Notes under the pieces: generated by a model
What the model saw: the letters and a program-made list of their open reading frames with translations, nothing else
Database searches by the model: none
What the model was told of the DNA's origin: nothing
Assembly: GCA_036172245.1 (NCBI GenBank)
Contig: JAYWIR010000023.1
Coordinates: 2,976,001-3,040,000, forward strand
Source of the DNA: Raillietiella orientalis
Lineage: Eukaryota
Length of the DNA stretch: 64,000 nt
Direction: 5' to 3'
Part shown: one piece after another, positions 36,892-50,089 of the stretch
Position numbering within the stretch: position 1 is the first letter of the stretch
Layout of the letters: each line of letters opens with the position of its first letter
Translations under genes and position numbers: made by a program

Positions 36892-39800
36892 ATGAATGAA
36901 CTGGATAATAGAGAGTTTTATACAAATATTATTCAAATGTTATCGTGTATGGATGAAAGAAGTTCAGCAGATGCAGTTGATTTCATTCTGAAGTTTTTTG
37001 TATCCTTTTTTTAACGATAATTTTCAAGAGGGACAGCAATCTGCTTTCAATGAAAAGTTTGGTGTATGAAAATAATTTGATGTTTATTAGTTGTAATTGT
37101 TAATAATTTGATGTTTATTAGCTGATAAGTAAAATTGTTTAGAATAGAGATCGGGGGGTTATTAATTTTAGTCATGTCGCTTATTTAAGTTAGGCATAGA
37201 GCTATGTCACATAATTGAAAGCACGGGGTTCATTCAAAGATTCGATTTATTTATCTGTGAGCATACGAAACACCATCGTTATATTTATTTATATTATCGT
37301 TCTTATATTTATTTCCTGCTGTTGGTGGCTTCTGCTTTTTCCTTAACTTGTTGTAGAAAGTGCTGGATGGTGACATTCATCCTAACAATATGAATGTTCA
37401 CATTTCATTTTTGGAGTTATTGCACAGTAACTTATTTCCAGTTGTAACGTTTTCCCTACAGATACTCCTCACCAAAACGATTCTCCCAGCAAACAAATGT
37501 TACATTGCACAAGGTCTTCAGTGCTTAAATCAAAATATGGAAAGCATAGAAGATCATAAGGAGCAGTTGATGGTAAATATTCTACATAACTCTTTTTATT
37601 GATTGTTCATAAGATGCTGAATCAACTAATAAATCAGACGGAAACAGGATTCAGGTGTTTGAACCAGCATGCTACTGATTTTGAGTGGTTCAATATTGCA
37701 TCTCTTCTACAACATGGATTTGATATTCTTGAAACAATCTTTGCTGGATGGGGAAATAAGTACTTAGGAAATGTGAAGAAAGTGATTTTTTTTGTTATTA
37801 GAACATTCAACAAGACAAATGGATGCGAGGGAGCACTTATTCAAGGAACATCTGCATTGCTTGATGACTTCTTACAGATTTTGCATAGTCCAAATTTCAA
37901 TTTGGTTTTGCAGGAGGACATGCTTGCTCTCTTAGATTGTAAGTGCTTTTGTGAGTGTGCATGCATGTGATTTTTGAAATTTTCCGTAATGATTATTCTA
38001 TTTCTTTGGGATGAAAGATTGTAACTATTGTTAAAAATGAAACATCTAATCAACTGAATAGATGTTAGTTATGCCAAGAAATCAGTTGGAGTGATTATTT
38101 TTGTATTTAAATAAGTGGGGAAAAAAAAAATTAGTTTGGTAGAATGTGCAATAACACTACGTTTAGTATGTGAAAGAATGAGTAGATTGGGAACTCTGCT
38201 TATGAGCAAGGATGTACAGATGTGTACTGTGCTATGGAAATCCTACTATCAACTTTTGCAGCCACGTATTGATTGTTTAAGATCTTGTGTGGATATAACC
38301 CCTGCTGTTCTCTCTCTCTCTGAGAACATCAGTGTCTGTTTGATGCAGCTACAAAAGCAATTAGTAAGCATATAATAGCAAATCTTCTGAATTCTCAATT
38401 GGACCATTTCAGGAAAGAGAACAGGCAACATATCAAGCAAATGAAATGCAACTGATCCATTTGCAATTGCAAATATTAGTGTTTCTGTGTAGCAGTTTTC
38501 CTTGTTTATCTGATTGGCATGGATCTCTCATTCAGTTAACATGCATTTTGCTCAGGTTTTTGATGAAAATAGTGGTTTTTTGAGTGACTTTGTTGCAGGC
38601 TGCCAATAACTTGCAAGGAACATTGTCATATCAAGAAAATCGAACATTTGGTAATTATGGTGGATCCTCTAGTTGCCTCCTTAGCCAATGATGCCAACTT
38701 CATTATTGTACGTTATTACTTATAAAAAACAGTTCGCAATTTCTCCTACAGGCTGTGAAGACAGTTAGTTATTCATTGTCTTGTGGGGATTCTTGTGCAT
38801 TAGGGATTACAGCTTCATCTCTTTGCCAACTACTTGCTCTGATTTTGGATCAAGTTAAAATATGGGATGTTACCATGTGGCATCAATTTATTGGATGTGA
38901 AGATAATCTGTTGCACAGTTTGCTTAATCTAGTGGATCTTTGTGAGTAAAACAAGGAACAGGCAGATTACAGGAATAGGTCATGTGGAACTCAGTTACCC
39001 CTTAAGACCACCAGCTGCATGGATGATGGGCAGCACACTTTCCAAACTCAGTTTGTACCAGCATCTAGTGACTCACATCTGTGGCATGCTAGCTGGAGTT
39101 CCTAGTGAATGTTTTGCAGCAATAGAAAAAACTCTGCTCAAGGGAATCTTAAGTGGCTATTATTGGCAAACTCTTATGACAGCTGATGTGTGGTGTTTTC
39201 TTCTTCGGATCAGCAGTCAGGAACTGAGCTTCTCTCACTGCAGCTTACTAGCCAGCATATTGTTGAATAGTAGGTGTCCATCTATGAATACATCATTCTG
39301 CTTACTGCACTGGTTGCTGTGTCGCTTGGTGGCATTTTTGTCACCTAGTCAGCAGGCACACTTTGCCCATCAGTTTCATCAGCTTAGTCTTTGGAGTGTA
39401 ATCTCTCTGAAACCGCTAGTTCCTTCTGTCAAAAAAGTGGTTAGTCAGCAATTAACTGAACAAGTGCGTGTTATCCTCATGAAGCTAAATGAATCTTTGC
39501 AAAGTAATAACTTGGTGCGTTATCCTGCATTGTATCTTCTCTAAGTACAGTTTAGCTACTACTGTTACATCTGTTACACCTCAATGGGGAAGAGCTGATG
39601 GGAGAATTGTATGCAGTCTTGCCCACAAAGCTGTTTGAGTGGACATCAGCTGTTCTGCCAGCCACTGGAGTTTTAGCTCCTTTAGGAATAGGCATATTAA
39701 GTGCTTTAAGAAGTGTAGTCAACGCCATTTCTGCTACTCAGATGCAACAAGTAAGTAAAATATTTTCGGCAAAAACAAATTTTTCTAGCTGTTACACTTG

Positions 39801-40417
39801 CTAATATGTCATCTAAATAAAATGCCTGATGCAATCTGTGAAGCCTGGTGCTTACTACTTATAAAAATGGGTCAACATGTCCCTAGAGATGGTGAGCTCC
39901 ATCATAAATTCGTTCAAGCCTTTTCGTTTCTGATACTGAGGCTTTTGAAAAATGAAACCCTAGCAGGATTTGCCTTGTACTCTTTTTATAGGTCAGAATA
40001 ATGAATGAATGGAGTATGAGTTTTGTAATTAACTCAAATAAATTAGAATGGCGAAACTTGCAGCTCATGCTGATATTGTTAGTGCTATTGGAGCTAGTGA
40101 AGAGCAGCTGAACTTGCGAATAACAAGTTTTTTAAAACAGGTTGTTGATGCTAAAATGCAGCATTTCACATTTATTTTTACAGAATGTCTATTTCGGGAA
40201 TAACAGATTACTGGAACACTTCCTTGAGCAGCAGCAACAGGATAATCTTCTGTCTGCTGCATCTATTAATAGGTCACAGGCACAGCCTCTGCTTACTCAA
40301 CTTCAACTTTTGGCAGAAGAATTACTTAGCATGGCACCTTTGTCCAAAACTGATTATGAGAAACTAAATACTGTAATGCACATACTGAGACAGTCATTGC
40401 TATGTGGCAATCCATAG
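36892..40417 (+). CDS. FIRRM: FIGNL1-interacting regulator of recombination (FIRRM/C1orf112/FLIP, DUF4487 family)
   Basis: Exons: 36892-36999, 37357-37572, 37614-37759, 37802-37938, ~38116-38363, 38413-38555, 38599-38707, 38752-38941, 38979-39514, 39556-39750, 39789-39991, 40047-40140, 40184-40417. Family-like block LYQHLVTHICG...FAAIEKTLL...LMTADVWCFLLRISSQELSFSH. An upstream start at 36829 via a 36-nt intron is possible. Confidence 0.8.
37000..37356 (+). other. U12-type (minor spliceosome) GT-AG intron in FIRRM
   Basis: 5' splice site GTATCCTTTT; branch site TTCCTTAAC (37339-37347) 9 nt before the end of the TAG acceptor; phase-0 junction keeps the frame (KFF|KVLDG). Confidence 0.88.
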
Positions 40418-40434
40418 AAGTACTCCTTATGAAA

Positions 40435-43400
40435 CTACAATTCAATGTGATGACTAATAGGAGAGACAGCAGGAAACCATTCCTCTGTGTCACTGATGTA
40501 TCCTTCTTCTCCAGTGTAATGAGTTGGGTAGACAAAGAGAGGCTCTGTGGAATATGCAAGCAAATGACGTTTAGGATAGTAGTTTTTCCATGTATCACTG
40601 CTTATGATAAGAGTGTGACGTCCATCATTTGTTGTTTACTCACTTGGGATGATGATCAAACAGCAATGGCAGAAATTCGTCGACTGGCAGCAATTTGGTT
40701 AAAGGTTCAGCCTGAATTAGTTTATAAGCTCCTTGCAAGGACAGTAAGTAGCTCAATGTCCAATAGGAATAATTTGGCTGTACAAGAATTCGGCTCCCAG
40801 AAACATAAGGTTCAGTCCCATTGTACATCCTTTTGCGCCCTAAATAACTGCAATATATCCCAGTGAAACTGCATCACATTATTGTTATCTTTAAAAGAGT
40901 GTTCACGTTCAACTTACAGCTGAAGAATTGCACATTTATATGGAATTAAAATGCACGAAAGCGATCGTAAATAAAAAAAAATTATGAAGAATATTCAATA
41001 TTTTTGAAAGAATTCACTACAACTAATTCTGGTTTATAGCCTTTATTTCTACATACTGGGTTATGCAATCATAAGTAACGTTTCATTTCGTTATCGAAGT
41101 ATGAGGAACAAATCTTGTTTTAGTCAACTTACATGAGATCCCAATCCAAATTTAACCTTGCTAATTCCTGAAGTAAATAATTAAATTTACTTCGGAAGTG
41201 TGGTTCAAAATGAACATCATCTTCAAATATCAATGCTGATTTGTATTGATGCCTCACCACCTGAAAGATTTGTGCACAAGCATATCAATTATTTAAATCA
41301 CTTCATAAACAGATATTTTTTAAAGAAATGAATTTTGGTTTGTTTGGTTTTGTATGCTGCTCAGCCTTATGGGCAACCAAATGAAATGATGCTATAAGTT
41401 GTTGCTTTCTTATATCAAAGACATGTTGGGTACATCTACACAAACATACACTTTTGAAGAGTAGGTGATATATCTTCATTTTGTTTTGCTTGTGAGCCAT
41501 GAAACTGGGATTCAATATGAAATTTTTTAAATTTCAGTTTTCTTTCTGGTTTAATCACATTCTTTTATGAACTGGTAAATTCCTTAAAGTATAGCAATCC
41601 GTGGAATAATCGCTGTCATCCTGGAAAATTTTACTTTTGCATCTCAGTGATTTGAGCAGTGTATCTGAATATACTCTTATTTACAAAAACATGCAAAGTG
41701 CTTTTCCGTTTCATCTTATTTCTTATCCTCTAATTATTAACATAAATTTATATGCAGAAAACTTAGCTGATAATCTACTTATACTTTATTGTGACCCTAA
41801 ATTTGCTTTCCTATAAAGTAAGGGCTCCATTCTGAGGGGCATTTCAATCGCAAAATGCGATAACGTTCTCCTTGGATATATTTCATGTAGATTGCCATTT
41901 ACTCACAAGTAAAAACAATGTAATTAAAACTCGATTTCCGACTGCAACCCTTGATGTCATGTCCTTTGCTCTGATTGTTTCCATGTGTGAAAGGTTAGCT
42001 AGCAATAAATTGGTATTGGTAATATTAGATTCTGTGCCATTCAAAGAAGATAAGTCACCTTTGATCATGCTAGGGGTGAAATAATTTTCGGCATCTTTTT
42101 TCTCCCTACGTGAACTTCAACACATTGGTCTCTTCAACAATTCATTTTCCTATCACTTCAATGCTAACCAGGTCTTTCATTCTTTTAAAGTCTCATATTT
42201 TAATACTTTTATTCTGAGCAAAATCCTGTAAATCTTAAAAAATTGCCATTTGTTTCGCATTAATTATTCATTACCCTGAGTTAAATCTAACTGGTGCTCT
42301 CCTCTGACTCCAATTAATTTTTGTGACATCTCATCTTCATTACTTTTAATAATTTAGGTGACAAGAAAATAAATATCTACGAATAATTTCTATTATGCTC
42401 TTCCCCAACCATTACATGGTTCTGCAATATGATGAAATGGCTGTGGGAAACATTAGCTGTCCCTTGGCTCTTCATATCAATGTCAATCCATGCTAGCAAG
42501 TTTGTTCAAAATCGCAATTTTTTTCTGATTCTTGTTTATTGAGAGAAGCACTGTATGATTGCAAACATTAAGTCATCTTCCAATCTTAAACTTTATAAGG
42601 TTCACAATCTTATACATCTGAAGTGGCATGCATAGATGTCTCACCAATTGCATTATGAGCATCAGTTCTTTGAAGACTCAAGTTTACGGTACTTCACTTT
42701 ACGAGAACAGTTGTTTAGATGACATGCAGCAAGGACTGAAGTTGTGTTTCCTGCTCAATCAGACAGTGCTCAAGTTCAAAAGGTTCCATTTGTACCACTC
42801 AAAGTAAGCAATGACGATCAGAAGGGTTAGAAGCTAACTTGATCTTCATGTTATCTCTATAAATGTTGGAACTCATTTCTTTATTCCTGCTTATGTTTGT
42901 CATTCCCCTTCACTGTCATGTAATGTTCTCAATAAGTTCTTTGCAAAGTGCATTGAGTACCTTCTATTCCAACTACATAACAATTTCGCCACACTTGCTG
43001 TTGTAAAATCCATATGAATTCTTTAAGGAAAAACATACTTTAAGGAACAATGAAGCAATAAACTCCAGATACCAGCCTGGTTGTATTCATAGTATCAAGA
43101 ATCAATTCCATTTACCAATTACCATCATATTGTTGGCAGTTAAGCTGATGTAAATTCACATTTACTATGGCGTTCTTGAAAATCTGATGCTCAATACGCA
43201 CCATTCTTTTCCGTTCATATCATTTTAAAACAATAAATAAAAGATTTTCATAGACCCTTTCATGTAAGCCAAATTCATTATTTATTATTTTCTGCCAGTT
43301 TTGCATTGATTCTTCAGTAATTTTATTTAATCGAACTTGTATTTATACTTGATGCTTTTTGTTTTTTTTAATTCAGTAAGTTCACTTTGTACTTTTCCAT

Positions 43401-46400
43401 GAATTTTCGGCTTCATCTGCATTTCGGTTATCATGAAAAAAATAGAAACCATGAAATACAGGCAACAAAAATCTCAAACTTCCTCTATTTAAGAAATGAA
43501 ACTATCTACATCAAAAACATGAATTCCACAATTACTCTATAATGCATGGACCAGCATTGTTGGATATTTACAAATTGAACCAGACTTTGAGTTGAAAATA
43601 AGTTTCAATAAGATTATTGATACACATTCAAGGTTTCAAGAACAATGGTTTCAATGCTGAATTAAATTATTTCTCGACTATCGGAAAATTGGAGTAACTC
43701 AGGGACATTCAGTGGTGAAGAGGCATGATTTTTTTTAAACAAAATAATGTGAGAAAAGACCGTTGTTATGAAATATCCAATGAAAGTATTGAGAAAAATA
43801 GAAACCATTTTCTTAGCCTGGTGCTATATGTTATGAATTCCAATTAGGTGCTCAATATACGCTATCAAGTGTTTCATGCTTAATTTTAATATTTCTAAAT
43901 CGAAAATGATTCGAAAACATCAAATATTCTTGTGAGGTGCATGTACTATATAGAAGGGAAATGTTTTCCAAACTGTGAGTACTAGGAATTTCGTGCCTTA
44001 CTGTGAATATGACCTATATATGTTGAGCATGAAACAAACCGCATTACGAAAAAGTCTATCCTGGAAATTCAAACTGAATAAAAAATGGAAGGAGCTAAAA
44101 CCTCTCGGATGTCGGCTGAAAGCGAAAAGACTCGCAACTTAAAATAACATGCACGATCGACAGAAACAGAAATCAAAAGATCAAAACCGTTTAAGTCTAC
44201 TCGTGCACAATTTAGTATTGTGAACATCGGATATGAGCTCTTAAGTTTCGTCAAAAGGAAAGATACAGCTTAAATCGCTGAGAAGAAGCACGAACTTCAA
44301 TACAAATATCACAAGCAAATGAAAGTTTTATAAGCCAAACGAGGAAACTTCATCAATTACGCACAATACGATATCAATACTATACAATTTACTTGACCCA
44401 TACTAATGACCATAGGACAACATCCAACCACGAGTATGTAAAAAAAAAATGTGTATAATTTTCTTCAGGAACACAAAACCATAATAAAATTTCATACGTC
44501 GTAGTTTTTGGTGATGCTGCTTGCAATGGCCTTTTTCTCAGTTTCTTGTCATATATGTTTCTATTCAGTTTTTGTGGAAACTCTTATGGTTGTGATGTTT
44601 TTTCGATCTTTTTGGAACAATGCCCATTTCTTTTCGATATCTTCCCGGAATTTGTAAGCTTTAGCTTTCAATTCGACTCTTCATTATGCTGTTTTGTTTC
44701 CAGATTCATTCATATTTCAAATGCTCAGCAGATTATATGTGGTACAATTACTCAACACTCTGCATTATCTCAGGAGTATGCAACTTATTCCTTTGAAAAT
44801 AACAATTCTTGTCCAAGCTTGATATTGATCCTTTGCTAGCATTATACTAAAACTGCAATCGATTTTATTTTTTATAATAAAATAAAATAAATTGTCACTG
44901 TTGTTATTCTGGATAAAATAACAACAGTGACACTTATGTACACTAAAAGTTCTTACATTTGCAAGGTTGTATATATAGAAGACGATTTCATTAGCTTTTT
45001 AAGAAAACAATACTTTCTGCACTAGGCAAAAAGGTGTACTGATTGATACTTTTTTAAAGAAACGAATTTCTCGCCACTGGTGGAAACTTGAACTAAAGGC
45101 AATCTGTGTGTACATAAGTATACGCACCTCAGCCCAGATCTGATAGTGGCTTAAAAAACAACCAACTTCTCCCATAGTGATTGATCTGTAATGATGTATG
45201 ATAATGCAGACACAATACTAAAGTTACCTGTGCTTATATGGATCTTCAAACTCTGGCAAAATCTTTATTCCCATGTGCTGCAACTTATCTGATGTTAATT
45301 TCCTACCACCAAACAAGTGGATTCTAGAAAAAGGCCAAAAAAACACTCACCTGCCATCAACTGCCGGAATCCATTCTGCTTGAATACCCAGAACTTGAAA
45401 ACTTTCTTGCATGCGCTGGCGCCGTTCAGGACGTCTATCTAGGTTAATAAAAAAAACCTTGTCAACACCCAATGCTTCCACATGGGAAGGAACAATGAAC
45501 TGCTTCATGGGCTCTGAAAGGGGAAGTCCTGATCCATGGACTACAAAGAAAAAAAGTTGTATTTATGTGTGCTACAAAGGATTCACAACTTTGCACATCA
45601 CATCTTTATCAGATAAGTTTTTCAACAAATTACATTACCAAGTGCTTCTAATTTGATATCCTTGAAATGTTCATCCTCCTGCTTCAAACTGTGACTTTCT
45701 TCGTCTGGAGGTGGCAAGAAACCATATATCTGATCATTAAGAACATACATTGGAATACCTACAACAAACATTTCTACTATGTAATTACTTTATACAATGG
45801 CGAAAACCTGTTTGTTTTGCACTAACTGCAAAAATTATAATATCATCTAATGGACCAGAATAATTGATGAGGCGTTTAGGTTGATACGAGAGTTGCAAAG
45901 ACAAATTATTTTGCAAATTAAGCAGTACAGCACTGTGTATTAAGGACACCTGGTGAAGACCCTTCTGTTTTCTTTGAAGAATTGGCAAGTAATCATCTGT
46001 GCGTTGATAATAATAATCAGCTCTCATGCCTACAACAAACCAAGCTATTGTCAAGATATAAGTTCCCTTACCACACCAGAAATTTGAGTAAACACCCAGA
46101 GAATTCAGTGAAGGAGCAATCAAAAGTTTGTGTTGTGCTATAAGAATATCCAGAACTTTTGAATTTGTGAGCATAACATCACTATCCAGGAACTAATAAT
46201 GGAAACAGATTTAAAATAATAGGGAAAGTGCATAACCACCACAGCCTTAGCACAAAAATGATTAGATTAGAGCTCATGTACAAATCAAGAGAGAATGTTG
46301 TTTTGGCATGTAACAATATGACCACTTTCTCACCCATATGAAATCAAATTCTTTTTTAGCTTTTTCCAATGCTTCTTCTTTGAGATCAATGATGTATTTA

Positions 46401-49400
46401 TATCTTTCTGTGGTCCAATGTAGTGGGCCTTGTTCGCCTTCATAGGATTCTGGCTTTGTTTGAGATTGCCAATAAAATGATGAATAGCTGGACTGTTGGA
46501 ACTTCATCCATGTTTCAATTATTTCCACAGAATTATCAATATTGTGATCGCTTCGTATCCTCAAATTACAATTGGTTGAAATAACAAAACAATACTGATA
46601 ATGGAATAAGTATAATAAACATGCATTGATATTCTGATATGTAAGTAATATAGTTTGAGGTATATACTGAAGCACTAAATTTTAAAGTGCATAACTGTCT
46701 CGTAAAGCGGAATACGATGTTAATTTAACTTTTCTCCGGGTTATCCACAATTTCTCATTTAATCCTGAAATCCAATTCCGTTATCGGAGCAACAACAGTT
46801 TTTGTCATTATCCTTGAACAATGAACAACGAATAAGAGGAATCTTGAAAACAAATGAATTTATATTCCCTTTACAATTCTAATAACTTGTGCTCACACCA
46901 AGAGTTTTAATTTTTGGAAATTCATGTTACTTTACGAATGAATAATATTAAACTCCTACAGGATAAAATAATTGCTTGCATATGGATCACTTCTACGCGA
47001 AGTGATGGAATCAAACCCCAATATTCAAGCAAGTATTTTTTGCAGGAATAGTCCATGTTGCAGAAAGAACTTGCATTTCTTGAATTTCAACTATTTAGTT
47101 CTTTGAATACGTTTCGTCTTTTATTTGTTCTTTCATGATTCATGGCAATAAGCAACAGAAACACTAAAATCAAAATCAGAAAGGCTTAATAAAATGAACA
47201 TTTTTTCTGAAGAATAACACACAACAGTGCATACACACACGTTATTTCACATGAGGCATGTAACTTTTTAATGATAAATAATAGCAAAGGAAGGGGTGAT
47301 GGAGAACATCAAAAGGAAAACAAGGCCATACAATTCGGAACAGATGCACTATTTTTTTACGAGTACTTCACTATTTGTAGAAAAAACAGTGAAAAAAAAA
47401 TAAAAACACCATGGGCAGCAATTGCTTTGAGGTTGGCCAATGTCCGGTCAATCACCAAGTTTGCAATCGAACACAAAAATAAGAAAAGAATAAGAAAACA
47501 AGAACAGAAAAATCGATCAGAAAAGGAGTTGGCTCAATTATCTAAAGGCGTTTTCAAGTGAAAATATACCTTCTCTTGAAATGATAGATTTTTGGAAACC
47601 ATGCTGTGAATTTCAAGATACAGATGGTCGTCTTATTTACAATGTAAGCCAGTACTGCAATGCAACTTCGAAGAAACTTTTTTTTTAGAAAAAAAAAAAA
47701 TTGCAAAGGAGTTTGTAAAAGTGGGGCAACCTTAATATTTTTATAAGGATTCGAATTTTTTTAAACCGCTTGAGCAGTAATTCCCTACATGCAAGAAGAT
47801 AACACTGCAAAAAAATGCAGTTGAACACTAAGTGATTTTTGTATATGCCCAACGGGGGAGAACTGACTTTCAATAACAAGAAACAAAAAAGGCACGAAGT
47901 TTGAAGGAAAGCACATCCCATGAAATTATAAATCAAATGGGAGGATCCCGATCAAACAGTTAATTTGATCCTCGTACAGAAAACTGGAACATGCACTTTT
48001 AGAAATTACAGTAAGGGACAAAATCGGGACAGCAAACTACTGTCCTTAATTAAGGGCATTTTTCTCCCCTGAATTCCATTTTAAATAGGAAAGCCAGTTT
48101 TTTTTGTGAAATGCGCTCGAGTGATAAGGAAGCGAATAACGTTCGTACATGTACAGTGCAGGGTTTAAATGGTATTTCAGACCTCAAGTATTGACCTCTC
48201 GTACACACCGAGAAAATTTCGTGTGAACTTTCTTCCATTGCTTTACGTCATTATTGCAAACACGTAAACATCATCGTTTTCTGCAGTTGCTCAACCGCAA
48301 TGAATAACATATGCATGGATCATGCATAATCGAAAGAGGGAATCTGTATTAAATCTGCGATTCAAGTAAATCTCCAAACGGCGCGAAAAAAAAAAATAAA
48401 AAAAATTCAAAAGTTAAGATTTGGGCCCGCACTAGGGTCAATGACGGTGACCTCGATGCAGATAAAGATGCAGAAGGATTGGAGACGCGTATCTACAGAT
48501 CGGTCAACGTAATGATCAACGATGTTGTCGATCATGTGTAAAAATAGCATTCCTGTCGCATTCATAGATGGCGCATGCAGACGAGTTGCTTTCGTAACTC
48601 TTCCTTTCTGATCCCTTCGCGGGGAGGAGGGGGGGGGGGAAGAATGTGTTTTTTTTTTTTTTTTTTTTTTTTTAGATTCCGTAACCAGATCCCACCCACT
48701 GAAATGAAGACATTGAATCGACTGGTTTCATAAACTTTTCGTTGAATTTCATAAATTCTCGACCATTGCATAAAAGAAATCTTGAATATAATAAATAAAA
48801 TTTAATTTGTGGTGTTTTGGGTTTCTACACCATAAGCTCGCAATGTGATATATATATATACATACATACACGAGTTTATGTGTATGTACACATATGCACA
48901 TCTATTTATGCACAAATGGACAGATATGAATAGACGTATAGGCAGATGGACACACACATACACCTAGACAATAATTATTTGACACGCTTCCAGCTTGAAC
49001 ACACGAAAGTCTTCCGACTGCTTGTGAAGAGCATCACTCGGCAAAATCAGGAAGTACATCCTAGCTTCTGGGGAAATTCAGTAATTGGTTCGGAATTAGG
49101 AATTCAAAAGAGAAACGCATCACGAAATGTAATGCGCCTTGCTATGGCAGCTGTGATTTGAAGTACGTTACTTTATACACTCTTTTTAAATTATTCTGTC
49201 TGTTTCCGCAACAAACAGATGCATCACGATGAGCCTGCACGGCTGAGCCATCACCTATGATACCTAAACCACCAAATTTCCCCATTACTGCCTTTAGAAA
49301 ACCTCACTCTAATAAGGGGACATTCCTCAAGATTTTCAAAAGCTAGGGACAAAAACCTACTTGGCTACACGTCTTTGGATACGGATCAGTCGACTATTCC

Positions 49401-49870
49401 GCAAGCACGCCATAACAAAGTTTCTGAAGATTGATCGGTCATCAGTACTCGAACAGCGGGCACTTATTCAACCCTAAATGATCGCAGACGTTCGAAATGT
49501 TCCCAAAATCACCAACACGAGCTTGTTCGCCCATTCGCTGCTAAGAACGGAAGTAGGAGACTTCGGCACAGACATCTGCGGTTTCCTTGCACTTGGTCGC
49601 ATGCAAAAGAGTGTTTACCCCGAATCGCGATTTGCGAGGAGCACACCGCGCCTCTTACCAGACAGAGATCTTGTCTTTGGGGTAGTCCAAGTTCTCGAAC
49701 AGGGAGAAAAAGTAAGGCAGTGCGAATGCTTTGTTCCGGACGAGGAGGGCGACCATCACCGTCGGCTTCTCCGTGGTGTGTTCGGGGTGAACGCTGCCCA
49801 TCACACGGACACCAAAGTGCAGCACCAAAACGGCGAAGAAAGCGTCCGTTGCTGTTCTGAAGAAAGCCAT
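40435..49870 (-). CDS. COLGALT1: Procollagen galactosyltransferase / glycosyltransferase 25 family member (COLGALT/GLT25D)
   Basis: Exons (-): 49870-49659 (signal peptide, [20 protein letters not shown]...[11 protein letters not shown]), 46559-46334 ([10 protein letters not shown]), 46192-46072 ([13 protein letters not shown]), 46029-45808, 45758-45639, 45540-45351 ([10 protein letters not shown]), 45302-45228, 45185-45128 ([10 protein letters not shown]), 41260-41133 (FEDDV), 40847-40644 ([15 protein letters not shown]), ~40600-40435 ending in ER-retention-like HIEL*. The symbol denotes the family. Confidence 0.92.
41750..43250 (-). mobile_element. Decayed LINE remnant (ORF1 knuckle-like region plus APE endonuclease fragment) in a COLGALT intron
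   Basis: [14 protein letters not shown] (cf. APE IxGDFNA) at 41883-42068, with Cys/His-containing fragments upstream at ~42600-42800. Highly degraded; boundaries approximate. Confidence 0.3.
44893..44932. repeat. Perfect 16-bp inverted repeat with 8-nt loop
   Basis: TGTCACTGTTGTTATT-CTGGATAA-AATAACAACAGTGACA. Confidence 0.85.
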
Positions 49871-50042
49871 CCTGGATCGAAATTGTTTATTGCGACACGA
49901 GTGGGTGTTTGGCACAGGGTTTTGTGTATGGCACATGCGAAACACTCGCTTCCCCTGAAGAAAACGGGAAACTGAACCATCGCACTGCTGGCAGCATAGC
50001 TGTGTCTGCGAGCGACGGATAGCATGCAGCCCTGCGAGGGGT

Positions 50043-50043
50043 A

Positions 50044-50076
<33 letters not shown>

Positions 50077-50089
50077 CGGGAGAGAGAGA
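50043..50089. repeat. Compound (CA)n(GA)n microsatellite upstream of the COLGALT ATG
   Basis: Direct reading of the sequence. Confidence 0.85.

Noticed and set aside
37444..37461. 18-nt GT...AG 'intron' in FIRRM
   Set aside because: It is in frame, stop-free and far below the local minimum intron size; most likely coding.
40402..40866. 154-aa plus-strand ORF and similar shadow ORFs over dynamin and FANCJ
   Set aside because: They are antisense or alternate-frame shadows of real exons with no independent motifs.
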